A stretch of DNA of 64,000 nt, from positions 89,592,001-89,656,000 of the forward strand of contig NW_024704742.1 in the NCBI RefSeq assembly GCF_018977255.1, in the 5' to 3' direction. Made by a program: the position numbers and the translations under genes. Every line of letters begins with the position of its first letter. The first letter of the stretch is position 1. Source of the DNA: Callorhinchus milii. Taxonomy: Eukaryota. The notes beneath the pieces are model-generated. The model made no database searches and was not told the DNA's origin. It worked only from the letters and a program-made list of their open reading frames with translations. Shown here piece by piece: positions 12,818-24,645 of the stretch.

Positions 12818-13006
12818 TAATAATAATCTTTGTATTTGATATAGCACCTTATCATGTCGTTGAGACATCTCAAAGTGCTTCACAGAATATATTGTAAAGT
12901 TAAGTGACTGTGTATTTTGTAGGTGAAACAGCCAATTATGCACAGCAGTGTCCACAAACAGTCGTGGAATCAGTGACCCCAATTTTTTTTGAGGGATTAT
13001 TACCCC
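12818..13006 (-). mobile_element. SINE family A 3' portion, tail-to-tail with the 12436-12750 copy
   Basis: ataataatctttgtatttgatatagcacc...gtccacaaacagtcgtggaatcagtgacc is the reverse complement of the family 3' half. Confidence 0.85.
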
Positions 13007-13531
13007 TAATGCTTGTTAATAGTTTATATGGGGGGGCGGCCAGAATATTGATGACATGACGATTTAAGTGATAGTGATGAATTAAACCAGGATCAAGTTA
13101 CCCAGAGCTTACTGTATTTCTGCCAAAAAAGGCCTTTGGTATTCCTCTAGGATTTTTGCTTGAGTTGTGTTACTTTACCCAGCAATTTCTATCAATAACT
13201 CTACAAATGTTTAGCCGGAATTCCTCCCCTCAGATGCATAGCCATTATGGTCTCCTTTTGTGATTTAATTTCTAAGAATTTTTCCAAATTTTCAATTCAT
13301 TAAATTATGTTTCCTGGTCCTACTTTCTTGGCTTAGCTTGAAGTATTCTGTGCTGATTTCAGCTGTGGGATTCAAAATGTTGCCTACTTCAGCCAGGTTC
13401 TCATTTTAACTGGCTTCCTTCTGAACTATAAAACTTTGCTTTCAAATACCTTAAAATAACTTTCAGATATTTCAACCCCTTTATATTATGGAATCAGTCT
13501 TTTTCTCTTTTCCTGGTGTGAGATCAAAACT

Positions 13532-13905
13532 GTAGAGTCCCGTAGTATAGTGGTTAACACACTCGTCTTGCAAGCGAGAGGACCTAGGTTTGGTTTTGCG
13601 CAGAGCAAAACCTTAGGCAAGTTTCTATACTCCACACACTTCTGTTTACCTAGTAGTAAGTAGAACCCAGTTGTCTGTCAATTGGCGGATCACTTTCCAA
13701 GGGTAATAAGCCCTCCAAAAAAAAATTGGGGGGCGCTCAATCCACTACTGTTCATGGAACACTACTGTGCACAATTGGCTGTTACGATTTGCCCACAAAA
13801 TGCACAGTCATTACACTTTACAATACATTCTGTGAAGCTCTTTGAGATGTCTCAATGACGTGATAAGGCTCTATATCAAATGCTAAGATTATTATTATTA
13901 TTATT
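13532..13905 (+). mobile_element. tRNA-derived SINE family A (long form), full length
   Basis: gtagagtcccgtagtatagtggttaacacactcgtcttgcaagcgag head, cttctgtttacctagtagtaagtagaaccc central segment, (ATT)n tail. Confidence 0.9.
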
Positions 13906-14949
13906 TAAACTGAACATAATGTTCTATGTATGACCTGATCAATGCATGAAATAGTGTCAGTATAAGTTCTGCAGAATTACAAGGTTTTACTCCCCACATG
14001 TATTGACCTTGACAGAGAGCACTTGCAATGCTGACAACATCCGGACAGAAAACATTGGGGAGAAATGTGAAGGACAACAATGGGCAGGAGGAAACCTGAA
14101 CAGGGAGTGCTGTGAAGCTCGTGGACAAGTTAGACAGAACTCAACAGAGAAGCATTGAAAGAGAAAAAAACAAATAAAAAACAATTCATTGAAAAGGCCA
14201 ATGAAGAAGAGATACAAGTGAAAGAGATGTCAATGGGGAAGGGGAAAGAACTTAGCACAGGGCTGCAAAAGGAGAAAGACTGACATATGCCTGAGAAGAG
14301 ATGAATGCTGCAGCCTGCAAGAACCTGGTAGGCTAATTAGAATATTTCAGACCTAAATAAATCACCGGAAATAAATCAGCATTGTTCAGACCACATAGGG
14401 GTTGTAATGTTCATTAATGTTCAATTTAAAAATGTAATTAATTGCAAGGAATTACGATTTGATAGTCAGGGGTGTTCTCTGTGTGGCAGAACATGGTTTG
14501 AGTTTCTCAACCACAAAATCCACAGAAGTTTGCATACAACTGCAATGTATGATGGACAGGCTTTCAATCTTGTGAAAGCTAATGCATGCCACTGGTGTGA
14601 TAACCAATATTAAGTGAGAACCCCTTGAGTCAAAACCATATAAACCTGAAGTAAACTAAAACGGAGAGTTTTGCCTTGTATGCGTCCAAGATGCATCCCT
14701 GTACAATTGCTGTAACAACATGCAATAATATTGCTAAGAGCTAAAAGTTCTGCTTTCTCAGCAACATGGTTAATATATTGGAAAGTGTGTTTTGATGTTC
14801 TGTTAAATGAGGTATAGCTAATATATGACTTGAGTTGCAGTTCTAGTTGCTGTGTTAGTCGCAGAGTACTGTCAAGAGGAGAGCAAAGTCAGGTTACTTT
14901 TTCAGCTGTTTAGAACTGCCAGCCAGTTTAAATTCAATAATTTATAAAC

Positions 14950-15290
14950 ATTATTACATTTGTAAAGCGTCTTTCACGTTGGCAGGATGTCCCAAGGTGC
15001 TGAATAGTCAGGGATTAGGATATGACCGGGGGGGGCAGAGGGATTAGGAAGGGTGGAGGGCAGACAGGGTAGGAGGGTGGCCAAAGGCACAGGCGAAGAG
15101 GAGGGTCTTCAGGCGTGCCTTCAAGGAACCAATGGAGGGAGCGAGGCGAAGGGAATGTGGGATGGAGTTCCAGTGGGTAGGGGCAGAAGCTGAAGGCCTA
15201 ACCATCGATGGTGGGGCGGGCCAGGCGGGGGACATGGAGCAGGCTGGAGCCTGCTGAGCGGAGGGAGGGGACAGGTTAATAAGGGTTGAT
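14950..15290 (-). mobile_element. L2 LINE 3' fragment
   Basis: Homologous to 41469-41750 (catttgtaaagcgtctttcacg..., gatggagttccagtggg, accatcgatggtggggcgg). Confidence 0.75.
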
Positions 15291-17514
15291 TACTGTACTG
15301 GGGGGTTAATAGGTGAAAGGGGCTCTATTTCTCATTTACTTTCCAGGCCACACAAAGGTGTGAAGAAGGTAATTTCTGAACAGGCTATAAGACTGTTGTC
15401 TGACGATAGGTGTGAAACTAATGTGATAAAATCAGGGCAGAGAGTATTGGAATGAAACACCGACTGCAGCGTGCTTTTGAAGGGTTGGTGGTGTCAATTT
15501 ACTATCTGTGAGAGTTGGGAAAATGTCACTTCAAAAGTTTCTCGATGATTCTTACCTGGATACTGGTTATCCAAAGGATACATTAAAAGATCCTCGGTGC
15601 TTAAAAACGTGCTGTCTCTCTTGTTATACATTATGGTTCTAGAGTCTCGAAATCCAGCATGCAGTATAATACAATTTACATTCACATATACCTTGTACAT
15701 TGGAAGGACGTCTCAAAGTGCTCGACAAAAATGGATGGTTATCCAAGCTGGAGGAGGGAGGTGAGGGTGGTGAAGAGGGGAAAGATTACTGAAAGTGCGG
15801 TCAAAGAAGTACGTTCTGAGTCTTGCCTTGAAACAAGAGCTGGGGCTTTAACATTCCATCTGGACCTACAGGGACTCACTGTGGCAAATGAAAGATTTTT
15901 CCTTTGTCCAAGTGGTGAAGTGCGTAAGGTTGTTCATGTTATTGTTCACAGGTTATTTCATTGCAACAAGCAGTAAAACCAAGTCTAATGTTCTCCGAAG
16001 AGATGCTGTCTTAGGAGAACATTAGGACAGTTACATCTTTCAGAGGATAGTGATCAGGAATGGGAACCTCTTCATAACCCAGAGGTGCTATAGTCAATTG
16101 TTATGCCCCAACTGCAGCTCTTTGCGAGATCAGGCAGATCACCATGGATACCAGTGACCTGGTTATCTCAATGGCTCTAATACTTTACCCAGTAGGCCAT
16201 CGGAGGAGCTCCTAACATTCAAGTTGACAGATGAAAGCTGGTTCAATTTGGACTAAACTAACTCGAAATTCACAAAGGTTGTACTTCATATTACATTGTT
16301 ATCTTCCAACGTGTAATGACAGATAGTTAGAGGTTTATATTTTAAACAGAAAGATGATCTGATCAATTTCATAACGTTGACAACTCGCTCGTGCTGATAT
16401 CCGCAGGAAAAATAGATTTGCCGTTGATCAGAAATTGTGTGGTGCCAAACATAATATATTTTTCATAGATTTGTGTACAGTACTGTCTAATCTAGATAAA
16501 ATAAGTTCTCTTCGGTAGTCCCTTAATGTCTGAAGAAAATGTGTATTTCCTTAAATGAAATGAATAGTTCAATACTTGTTCTTCACCACTATTGGCTCTG
16601 CTTTCACCTAAGATTCCTGCTTTAATGTTCCATATTTAGTCCATCAGTCAAGTGTTTTATTTTGTTTCCCCAAAGAGATTTCTCATTCAGATTGGCCAGG
16701 AAGAGACAGCACTGCAGTTACATTACCCAGAGCAGTATCTTTCAAAAGAAGCCAGGGAGGAACATTTTTTTTGATCAGCTGGGTGTCCAATGCACAAAGA
16801 AATCCATTGCCATGTTTAACAGTATCCAAACCAAAATACTGAGAGTTCTACATATGCCATAGAACTAGAGGAAACATTACAGCATGCGATATTATCACCA
16901 GTGATCATAGAATCATAAAATGTATAGTGCAGAAGAAGGCTATTTGGTCCAGTGAGTCTGCACCAGCTCTCAGACCAAGATGTTCATTCAAGCCCATTGT
17001 CCTGTCCAATCCCCCTTCAAGCTTCTAACTTTCAGATACCTGTCTACGTACCTCCTGTAACCAAAATGTGATGAAAAGCAGTCAATGCTTATCATTGGTT
17101 TAGAAGGAGGTGGTGGGTGGAGGGGGAATGCTTCATGGTGAGCTTGGTGATTATCATTGACTGCATTTTTGATCGATGTGATAATTATCACTGGTAATAA
17201 TACCATATTCTACAATTTTCTACCTGTAATATTATGCTATTACAGATACATAGATGTTGTAGTTTCATACAGCATTTGTAGGTTTGGTATATCTCAGACC
17301 CAGCAGTGTGGTAGTTATTCATTGTCAATCACTAAGATATGTTTACTGCAGACTAGGTCATGTGGTTGATTAATTCAATGCAGGCCCATTACAAATTCAC
17401 TTCCTGCAAATTGTCTGATCCTACTCTGAAAGGACTCACTTTCATGTCATTAGGTTATCATTTATCTCACGTATGCACAGGGCACAGGACATGCAATCAG
17501 CAGAGACTTGGTCA

Positions 17515-18050
17515 AGATCACAAGATCACAAGATTGGTCTGGATGAAAAAGGACTTTCGGACCATCCAATCTCATCTCTCAGGAACACCCACCCTACCAT
17601 CTTTGCATCAGGTTGCTTTTTAAATGAGTCCAGTGTCCTTGCCCTACCACCTTTCCTGGCAACCTGTTCCAATCATTGATCATCCTCTATGTAAAGCAAA
17701 ACTTCTTGGTGTCTGTCATGAAATTCCCCTTTACAATTCTAAACCTATGTTCTCTTATTCTACTGTCATGATGCATCCTAAAATATTTGCTCTGAGTTTA
17801 CTTTTTCAATCCAATTTAAAATTGTGTACACCTTCCTTGAAGTTCCCTCTGAGTCTTCTCTTAAGACTGAAGAGCCTGAACTTGTCTAATTGTTAACAGC
17901 CCATAGCTCATTCTTCTAACACTGGGGATCATCCTTGTTGCTCTCCTCTGGACCACCTCTAGGGCCTGGTCACCCCCTTATGTTGTGGTGACCGCCTATA
18001 TGCAGTGTTCAAAGTGAGGTCTGACCAGAGCACTGTAGAGCCTAAGATTG
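17515..18050 (-). mobile_element. Old CR1 LINE 3' fragment
   Basis: (gatcacaa)n tail; minus-strand translation includes LRLYSALVRPHFEHCI, a CR1 RT C-terminal motif. Confidence 0.75.
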
Positions 18051-18302
18051 ACATCTGGGGATCTAAACACCAGGTCGGTCATCAGGTCACCACTAATGTG
18101 ATTTCCTGCTGCATGCGGCCATAACATACTGGAAGTGATATCATTTCCAGTACGTTGTGCCTGATGACCTGGAAAGTCAGCCTTTTTTTTAGAAAGGAAG
18201 TGGCAAGCACACAAGAAGTGAGGTGGCCAGCTGCAGGAGTTTACAGTAAAACCTTAGCCTCACTATTTTATGGATCCCAGATGCTGTGTTTTTAATAATG
18301 CT

Positions 18303-18997
18303 CCAGTTCCCAGCTAGGGAATCACTGAGTAGGGTTATTACAGAGACTTAGCTCCAAGTGAATCCCAACCGACAAGTTGGCCTGTGTAGAATGTCTGAAC
18401 ATTGTGCTTGTTGCTCGAGTTGACAAAGTAACGTAACTGTGAGAGGCTCACTTCACAATTCTCCAATCCATGGCCAACACTCAATTAACTTGACAACCTC
18501 AATCATGGTCAGTTTTAAATGAGCTCCTAAATGGAATACTTCAACAAATCTCTCATTCATTTACAAGCTGGGAAAATGTGACAGGTGCCTTGTCTCTGCC
18601 AATGAATTGAAAAGCAGTTTTGAGGAGCTTTGAGAAACCAGTCACCACTTCCATTCTCATCTTCCTCCATTAAGCTAGCTCAGCACTGTTATAAGTAGGC
18701 GCCACTTTGTTCTGATCAAAAATAACTCCAACGACCTTCTTTCTGACACCTTTGAAACCAATTAAGTTTTATTGAAAGTGTTTCCTTTTCCTTGAGAAAT
18801 CTCCCCAGTGGCTTTTGGACCAACCAGCTGTAGTAAAAAGGGTAGTCAGGTAGGCAGGTTGATCCCAACTCTACGTCAGTGCTGCTCTGGATCAGTTAGG
18901 AGGTGTATAAGAACAATCCAAGGTTGAAGGAGTCATCCTTCTTTTCCTCCAGGGAATGATTTGGCCTCTACTCAGTGATTCCCTAGCTGGGAACTGG
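18303..18997. repeat. Perfect 30-bp inverted repeat enclosing 635 bp (possible MITE)
   Basis: ccagttcccagctagggaatcactgagtag (18303-18332) is the exact reverse complement of 18968-18997; no obvious TSD. Confidence 0.8.
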
Positions 18998-21234
18998 TAT
19001 TCTAACACAGGTAGGTACTTCAATACTGCACCTCTCAAAGCTCTGATTAAAAAGACACATAAGATCATGCATTTATGTTGTACCTTATCATGTCAAAATA
19101 TTTAAATCAAAGGTAAAGGCAAATTTTGTCAGGGACTGGTTTCATAGGCAAATGCAGCAACCATTTTGCACAAAGCAAGGTTCACATAAAGATCTTTAAT
19201 GCCCCCCTGAAGACATAGGTGGCGGGTGAAAATATCCTTTTGGGGGGTGAGGGGTTTGAGCTGAGCCGTGTTATCCCCGAGACAAGCTGAAGACTGCAGA
19301 GTGCATGTGTGTCTTTGAGTTTTTGTGTGACCCAGCACTGGATCCAACTCCTGCTCACTTAACTCATTGACTGTTACACTCGCTTTACTTCACATCCTAT
19401 TACACACTGCAGAGAGCAGCGCTCCTCTCCCGCCAAGATTTCATTAGCTAAAAATGGTGTGTCAGCCTAGTTCATGAGCTTAAGTCCTGAGAAGGGAGGC
19501 GCAAGAGCTACTTAAAATATTTCACTTTTGTTTTAAGAAAAAGAGAATAAAATTCTAAAATAAAAGTGATTGGGTTGTCACAGTGAAACATGCAACAATT
19601 CACAACAGTGATAAATCCATGTGTTAATTTTCACACTGAATTTATTATGAAATGCCACAAATTGACCTGCATAATAAGATTAAGTTAAACTAATAAAAAT
19701 AGAAAGTGGAGGAGACAAAGTCCCATCTGTCTGTTCTCAGGTGTCCTGGCCAACACTCCCGTAGATTAAATTGATCATTTGTTTCATGGCTGTTTGTGGG
19801 ACATGGTTTTGTGCAAAATAGCCACTGGGTTCACTTATGTACAGTAATACAGTTACTACACTTTATAGTAAATTGGGTGGAACACTCTGAAACATCCACC
19901 CGACATGAAAGGTGCTAAAATAATAATAATCATAATAATAACAATAAAAACAACAATAACAATAATCCTTGCATTTTAGAAAGATCTTATCACATCATTG
20001 AAATGTCTCAAAGTGCTTCACAGAATATACTGTAAAGTGAATTGACTACATATTTTGTGGGCAAATTTGATATATATCAAATATAAGCATTCTTATTATT
20101 AGAATTAGTAGGTAGCCATTAGCTATCATGGAGCTTTCCTCTGCAATGCTCTTCCAAAACCATTTTGTTTTGTTTCTTCTCTCAGTGCTTTTAAAAATAT
20201 TATAAATATATCTCTTTGGTCAACATCCTTAAATCACTAATTCCTTACAATATCATCAAGACTTTGATGAATTCTTTCACATTAAATAAGCTATATGAAT
20301 GCAATTGTTTGCTGTTATGTATCATTTAGTTTGTTATATTCTCCTTCAGTCTGAGCCATGAATGTCTCTGAACCATTAATGCTGTTCTGTGAGGCTCAAC
20401 TCCGATCTCAGGAGAGATGCCTGGCAGAGACAGGTAGGTCCACAGTAATTCATAGCACCGTTGACGTTCTTTTCAAGACCACACAAATATTAAATAAAGT
20501 ACACAGAGTGATCAACTAGTTCCGCAGGGAGAAAGGGAGCTGGAACCAGAGTGTACATAAAAGCTAGTCCACCACTTGATACCCACGGGACCATTCCACA
20601 GTATAAGCCCAGAAGCCCATTTCCTATCACAATAGTGCAGGCAGGAAGAGTTTGGCTTTAGAACTGAGCTACCTGTATTAATCGGATCCTGAATGAAACT
20701 TCCCTTCACTGTGCACAAAAATAGCAGATCATCTTTTAGATGTAATTGCAATATCCATGTCTCGGTACCAGGGATCAGCAAAGAAAGCAGGATTTGCTTT
20801 GTGCCTAGATATAATTACTTTAAAATCCATTTCAGCTACAATATAAGTGGATGATGGAACATCCATCACAAACCTGACATGTTCTGAAGAATGCAAAAGG
20901 ATCATTTTAGTTCCAAAATAATTCCCTTGTTTTCAAACCCAAATATCCGAGAACCTGTTTGTTTAATGTGGATTTTATACTTTGAAATCAATTTATATTG
21001 ATATTTATTCTACTTTTTGATTCAAGTCAGGATATAAAATGCTGCCTTTCAGAACCATCAGATTACACAGAACCCAATCATTTGGAATTGATAGAGGAGG
21101 TTCTCACGCACATATCGTTGATCACCACAGCATGGACATAACATTCTGCATTGTCAGCAAATAGCAGAGACCCACATCCTTTGTGCGTTTATAGAATTAA
21201 AAATTGGTACAAACCCAGAAGCATTCCTGCATCG

Positions 21235-21480
21235 AATTACATAGAATTACATAGAATGATACGGCACTGAAACAAGCCATTTGGCTTAACTAGACGTGCT
21301 TATACACCACCTCTGTTATTTTCCACCCCTTTTATTCCAATCTCCTTTGCCCTCCTTTGCCCTTCTACTCCTTTCTCCTTCATGTATGCTTCAAGTTTCT
21401 CCTTCAGTACATTGATGCCATTTGCTTCAATCACAGCTTCTGGCAGAGTACGGTCCACATTCTCACCACCTTCTGTGTCA
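21235..21480 (-). mobile_element. CR1 LINE 3' end
   Basis: (gaattacata)n tail; minus frame LPEAVIEANGINVLKEKLEAYM matches the CR1 ORF2 C-terminus. Confidence 0.75.
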
Positions 21481-21589
21481 ATGGTGGCCAACCTGTGGCC
21501 ATGGGCCGGAAGTGCCCAGCCAGACCATCAAGAAGCAGCCCTGGAACATTAGTCTAGGTACATCCATGTTAAATTGTAGTGCTGCATTA

Positions 21590-21876
21590 AATCAAGGTCC
21601 TATCTCTGCCTGTTTCAGTGACATAAACGAACCATGGCATTATCTAAAAGAGAAGGCAAAAAGAGAAGGGAGTTTCTCCTGGTATCACGGTCAACAATTC
21701 CCCAAAATAAAAAATAAATTGTCATTTGTTATTGTTGTTTGTTGGAATTGGCTGCTGCATTTGCCTACAAAATGCACAGCCACTATACTTGTCAGTGAAT
21801 CCTCTATAGTGCTTTGAGATTCGGCGACAAAATGATCAAGTGCTACATCAAATGCAAGAATTATTATAATTATTAT
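21590..21876 (+). mobile_element. DeuSINE-like family B, 3' two-thirds
   Basis: aatcaaggtcctatctctgcctgtttcag...ccatggcattat...agagaagggagtttctcctgg...aaatgcaagaattatt. Confidence 0.75.
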
Positions 21877-21883
21877 AGTTTAT

Positions 21884-22255
21884 GTGGCGTCCTGTAGTTC
21901 AGTGGTTAGAGCGCTCGCCTCGTAAGCGAGAGACCTGGGTTCGATTCCCGGCAGGGCGAAACATTGGACAAGTTTCCTTATTGCACAAGTCTCTGTTTAC
22001 CTAACATTAAGTAGGAACCCAGTCATTAGTCGATTGGCGGATAGCTTTTCCGGGGGTAATAATTCCTTCAAAAAAAAATAATTTGGTCACTCAATCCACT
22101 ACTGTTTGTTGGACACTGATGTGTGCAATTGACTGACGTATTTTGCCCACAAAATATACAGTAAATTCACTTTACAGTATATTCTGTGAATCGCTTTGAG
22201 CCGTCTCAAAGATAAGGGGCTATATCAAATGCAAGGATTATTATATATTATTATT
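21884..22255 (+). mobile_element. tRNA-derived SINE family A (long form), full length, head folds as a cloverleaf
   Basis: Head 21888-21959: cgtcctg ta gttc agtggtta gagc g ctcgc ctcgtaa gcgag agac ctggg ttcgatt cccgg cagggcg a, followed by the SINE body and tail. Confidence 0.92.
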
Positions 22256-22827
22256 TAAATCCACAAGAGATTATACACAAACAATTATTTCTATATAAAA
22301 ATAACCTTGCAATTCAGCCAATGTGAAACTTGACATGCTCTGTGTAAAATAAACGTTCCATTTTTAGGAACGAAGCAGCAGATTATGCTGTGCTGGACAG
22401 CTGCGATGTGACTTTAGATTTCCCTGCGGAGGGGCTAAGGGCAGGTCAGACACCAGTGATGAGGCAGAAAATGCAGCAGCATTAATTCCCAACATATCCT
22501 GGTAAGGCTGTTACACAAGTGTGCTTGCATTCTGAATCAACTGCGAGTGAATTCAAATGTCGAGGCTTCAACAATCATCTTTACTGGCTGGCCAAAGAGT
22601 GGAGGTATGAAAATCAATTCTTCATAACTGACTTGATCCTTAAATGTTTTGACATAAAACTGTCAGCCTGCTACAAGATGTGTGGTGTATGATGCATTGG
22701 TAATAAGAACGGAGGTAAGAAGCTCCCAATCACTTCATAACATGCATGACCTTAACAAGGTTGTTTTAGGAAATGCACAATTTTCATTGCCCCATCTCCT
22801 CAGACACAGCTTGATTTCCGTAATATG

Positions 22828-23233
22828 TGTCAGCAAGACTCAGTTGGTAGTACTCTCACTCCTGATTCTGAAGGTTGTGGGTTCAAGCCCCATGTCAGGA
22901 CTTGAACTCACATATTCTAGGCTGACAGTGCAGTGCAATGGTGGGAGAGTGCTGTATTATCGGAGGTGCCGTCCTGTGGTGATGAGATGATAAGCCACGG
23001 CCCACTCTGCCTGTTCAGGTGGACGTTAAAGATCCCATGGCACAATTTACAAAGAGAAGGGTGTTTATCCCGGTGTCCAGGCCAACAATCCCGCAAATAA
23101 AATTGGGCATTCATTTCATGGGTGCTTGTGGGACATTGTTCTGTGCAAAGTAGCTGCTGCATTCCTAACAAATACACAGTCGCTCCACTTCATGACAAAA
23201 CAAGGCACAATGTCAAATGCAAGGATTATTATT
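22828..23233 (+). mobile_element. DeuSINE-like SINE family B, full length
   Basis: tRNA-like head tcagttggtagtactctcac...gtgggttcaagccc, then ggaggtgccgtcc...gatgagatg...ttaaagatcccatggcac...cccggtgtccaggccaac, matching the recalled Deu domain of AmnSINE1/SacSINE1. Confidence 0.85.
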
Positions 23234-24199
23234 AGATTTTGTGCATATCGCAGAATAGAAGTCACAATTATTCTTCCCACTGCTTTTGCAAATATTGCAA
23301 ATTAGTCTCCAGTGTTTTTGAGTGTATAAGAAATGAAAAACATTTAAAAACTTGCACAACTTGGCAGAGCCTAAGGTAGTGGGAACCCAAATTAAATATG
23401 CATCAGTGCTTAGTAGTCTGAATACCAATGAATTCAGATATATTGACTAACATCCACTGTCACTGTAGTAGAACAACCTGTGTATGCAGCATATGAGAGT
23501 TAACAACCAGTGTTTTAGAGGTCAAAGTCCAATGCCGTTTACCAAAAGTGCTGGCCATGAACTGCTTAAGCACTTAAGTTTCTTTGACAAAGAGACAAGC
23601 CCGCCATGAGATCTTCTACTCCTCAAGCGGCAGAATAGCAATTTATTATCACAAGATTGGTTCGGATGAAAAAGGCCCTTCAGCTCATCTGATCTCATCC
23701 CCTCCAGAATACCCACCCTATTGTCCTCCCATCACAGCATCAAGCTGCTTTTTAAATGAGTTCTGGGCAGACCCCTGCCTTTTTGCATTCACTTTTCCTT
23801 TTTAACTACAATATTCATAGATTGTGTTGTGAAACACACATAATAAACCCCTGTGTAGTTGACTGATAATGTCTCCAGTCTTTCTTATTTTTGAACTATA
23901 GCAGACTGCTCATCTGAGATTGTATAAAAGAAATCCTGGAATTTGGAAACAGACACCTACAGATCAGTGTTCAAATCTATAATGATTCTGTCACTTTCAG
24001 ACACATCATAATAATAATAAATGATAATGATAATCCTTGCACTTAATCTAGTTGCTCCAATCCCATCTCCACATGTCGTCCTTTAGTCAATGATGCTCTG
24101 TATATGACTTGATAGAGATGGTGCAACCTACATCTTGGTCTCTGAAATAATTTGCCAAACACACAGCAAGAAGAAAAGAACATGGAAGGTGCAGATTGC

Positions 24200-24645
24200 C
24201 TGACGCAGCTTAGTTCAGTTGGTAGCAACCCCACCTCTAAATTAAAAGGTTGTGGGCTCAAGCCCCATACATCGATACTTTGAACCCATATAGGCTGACA
24301 TTCCAATGCAGTGCTGGGGGTGTCCTGCATTGTAGGAGATGCCATCCATTGGATGAGATGTTAAACAGGGCACTCGTCTGCCTGTCCACGTGGAGTTAAA
24401 GATCTCGAGCACTATTCGAAAAGAGAAGGCTATATTGGTTAGCTATCCCCCAAATAAAATGGATCATTTACTTCATTGCTGCCTGTAACACATTTCTCGT
24501 GTGAAAATTGGCTGCTGCGTTCGCCCACAAAATACACAGTCACACCACTTTACAATGTATCCTGTGAAGAGTTTTGAGATGTCTCAACGACGTGATAAGG
24601 CACTATGTCAAATGTAAGGATTAATATTAGAATTATATTATTAAT
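24200..24645 (+). mobile_element. DeuSINE-like SINE family B, full length
   Basis: Same head, body and tail architecture as 22828-23233. Confidence 0.82.

Larger units (their letters stand above)
12159..13114. mobile_element. Possible old Tigger/pogo-like MITE interrupted by two SINEs
   Basis: ta|caataaactccagctaactcgac versus the reverse complement of the right end ta|cagtaagctctgggtaacttgat (16/23 identical, mostly transitions), TA flanks on both sides. Confidence 0.25.

Noticed and set aside
14130..14283. Lys/Glu-rich open frame resembling coiled-coil coding sequence
   Set aside because: Purine-rich low-complexity DNA without convincing splice sites or start context.
22368..22506. Plus-strand exon candidate and partial REST/RE1 site (ggacagc)
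   Set aside because: The one coding-looking frame stops before the stronger donor, and the RE1 left half is absent.
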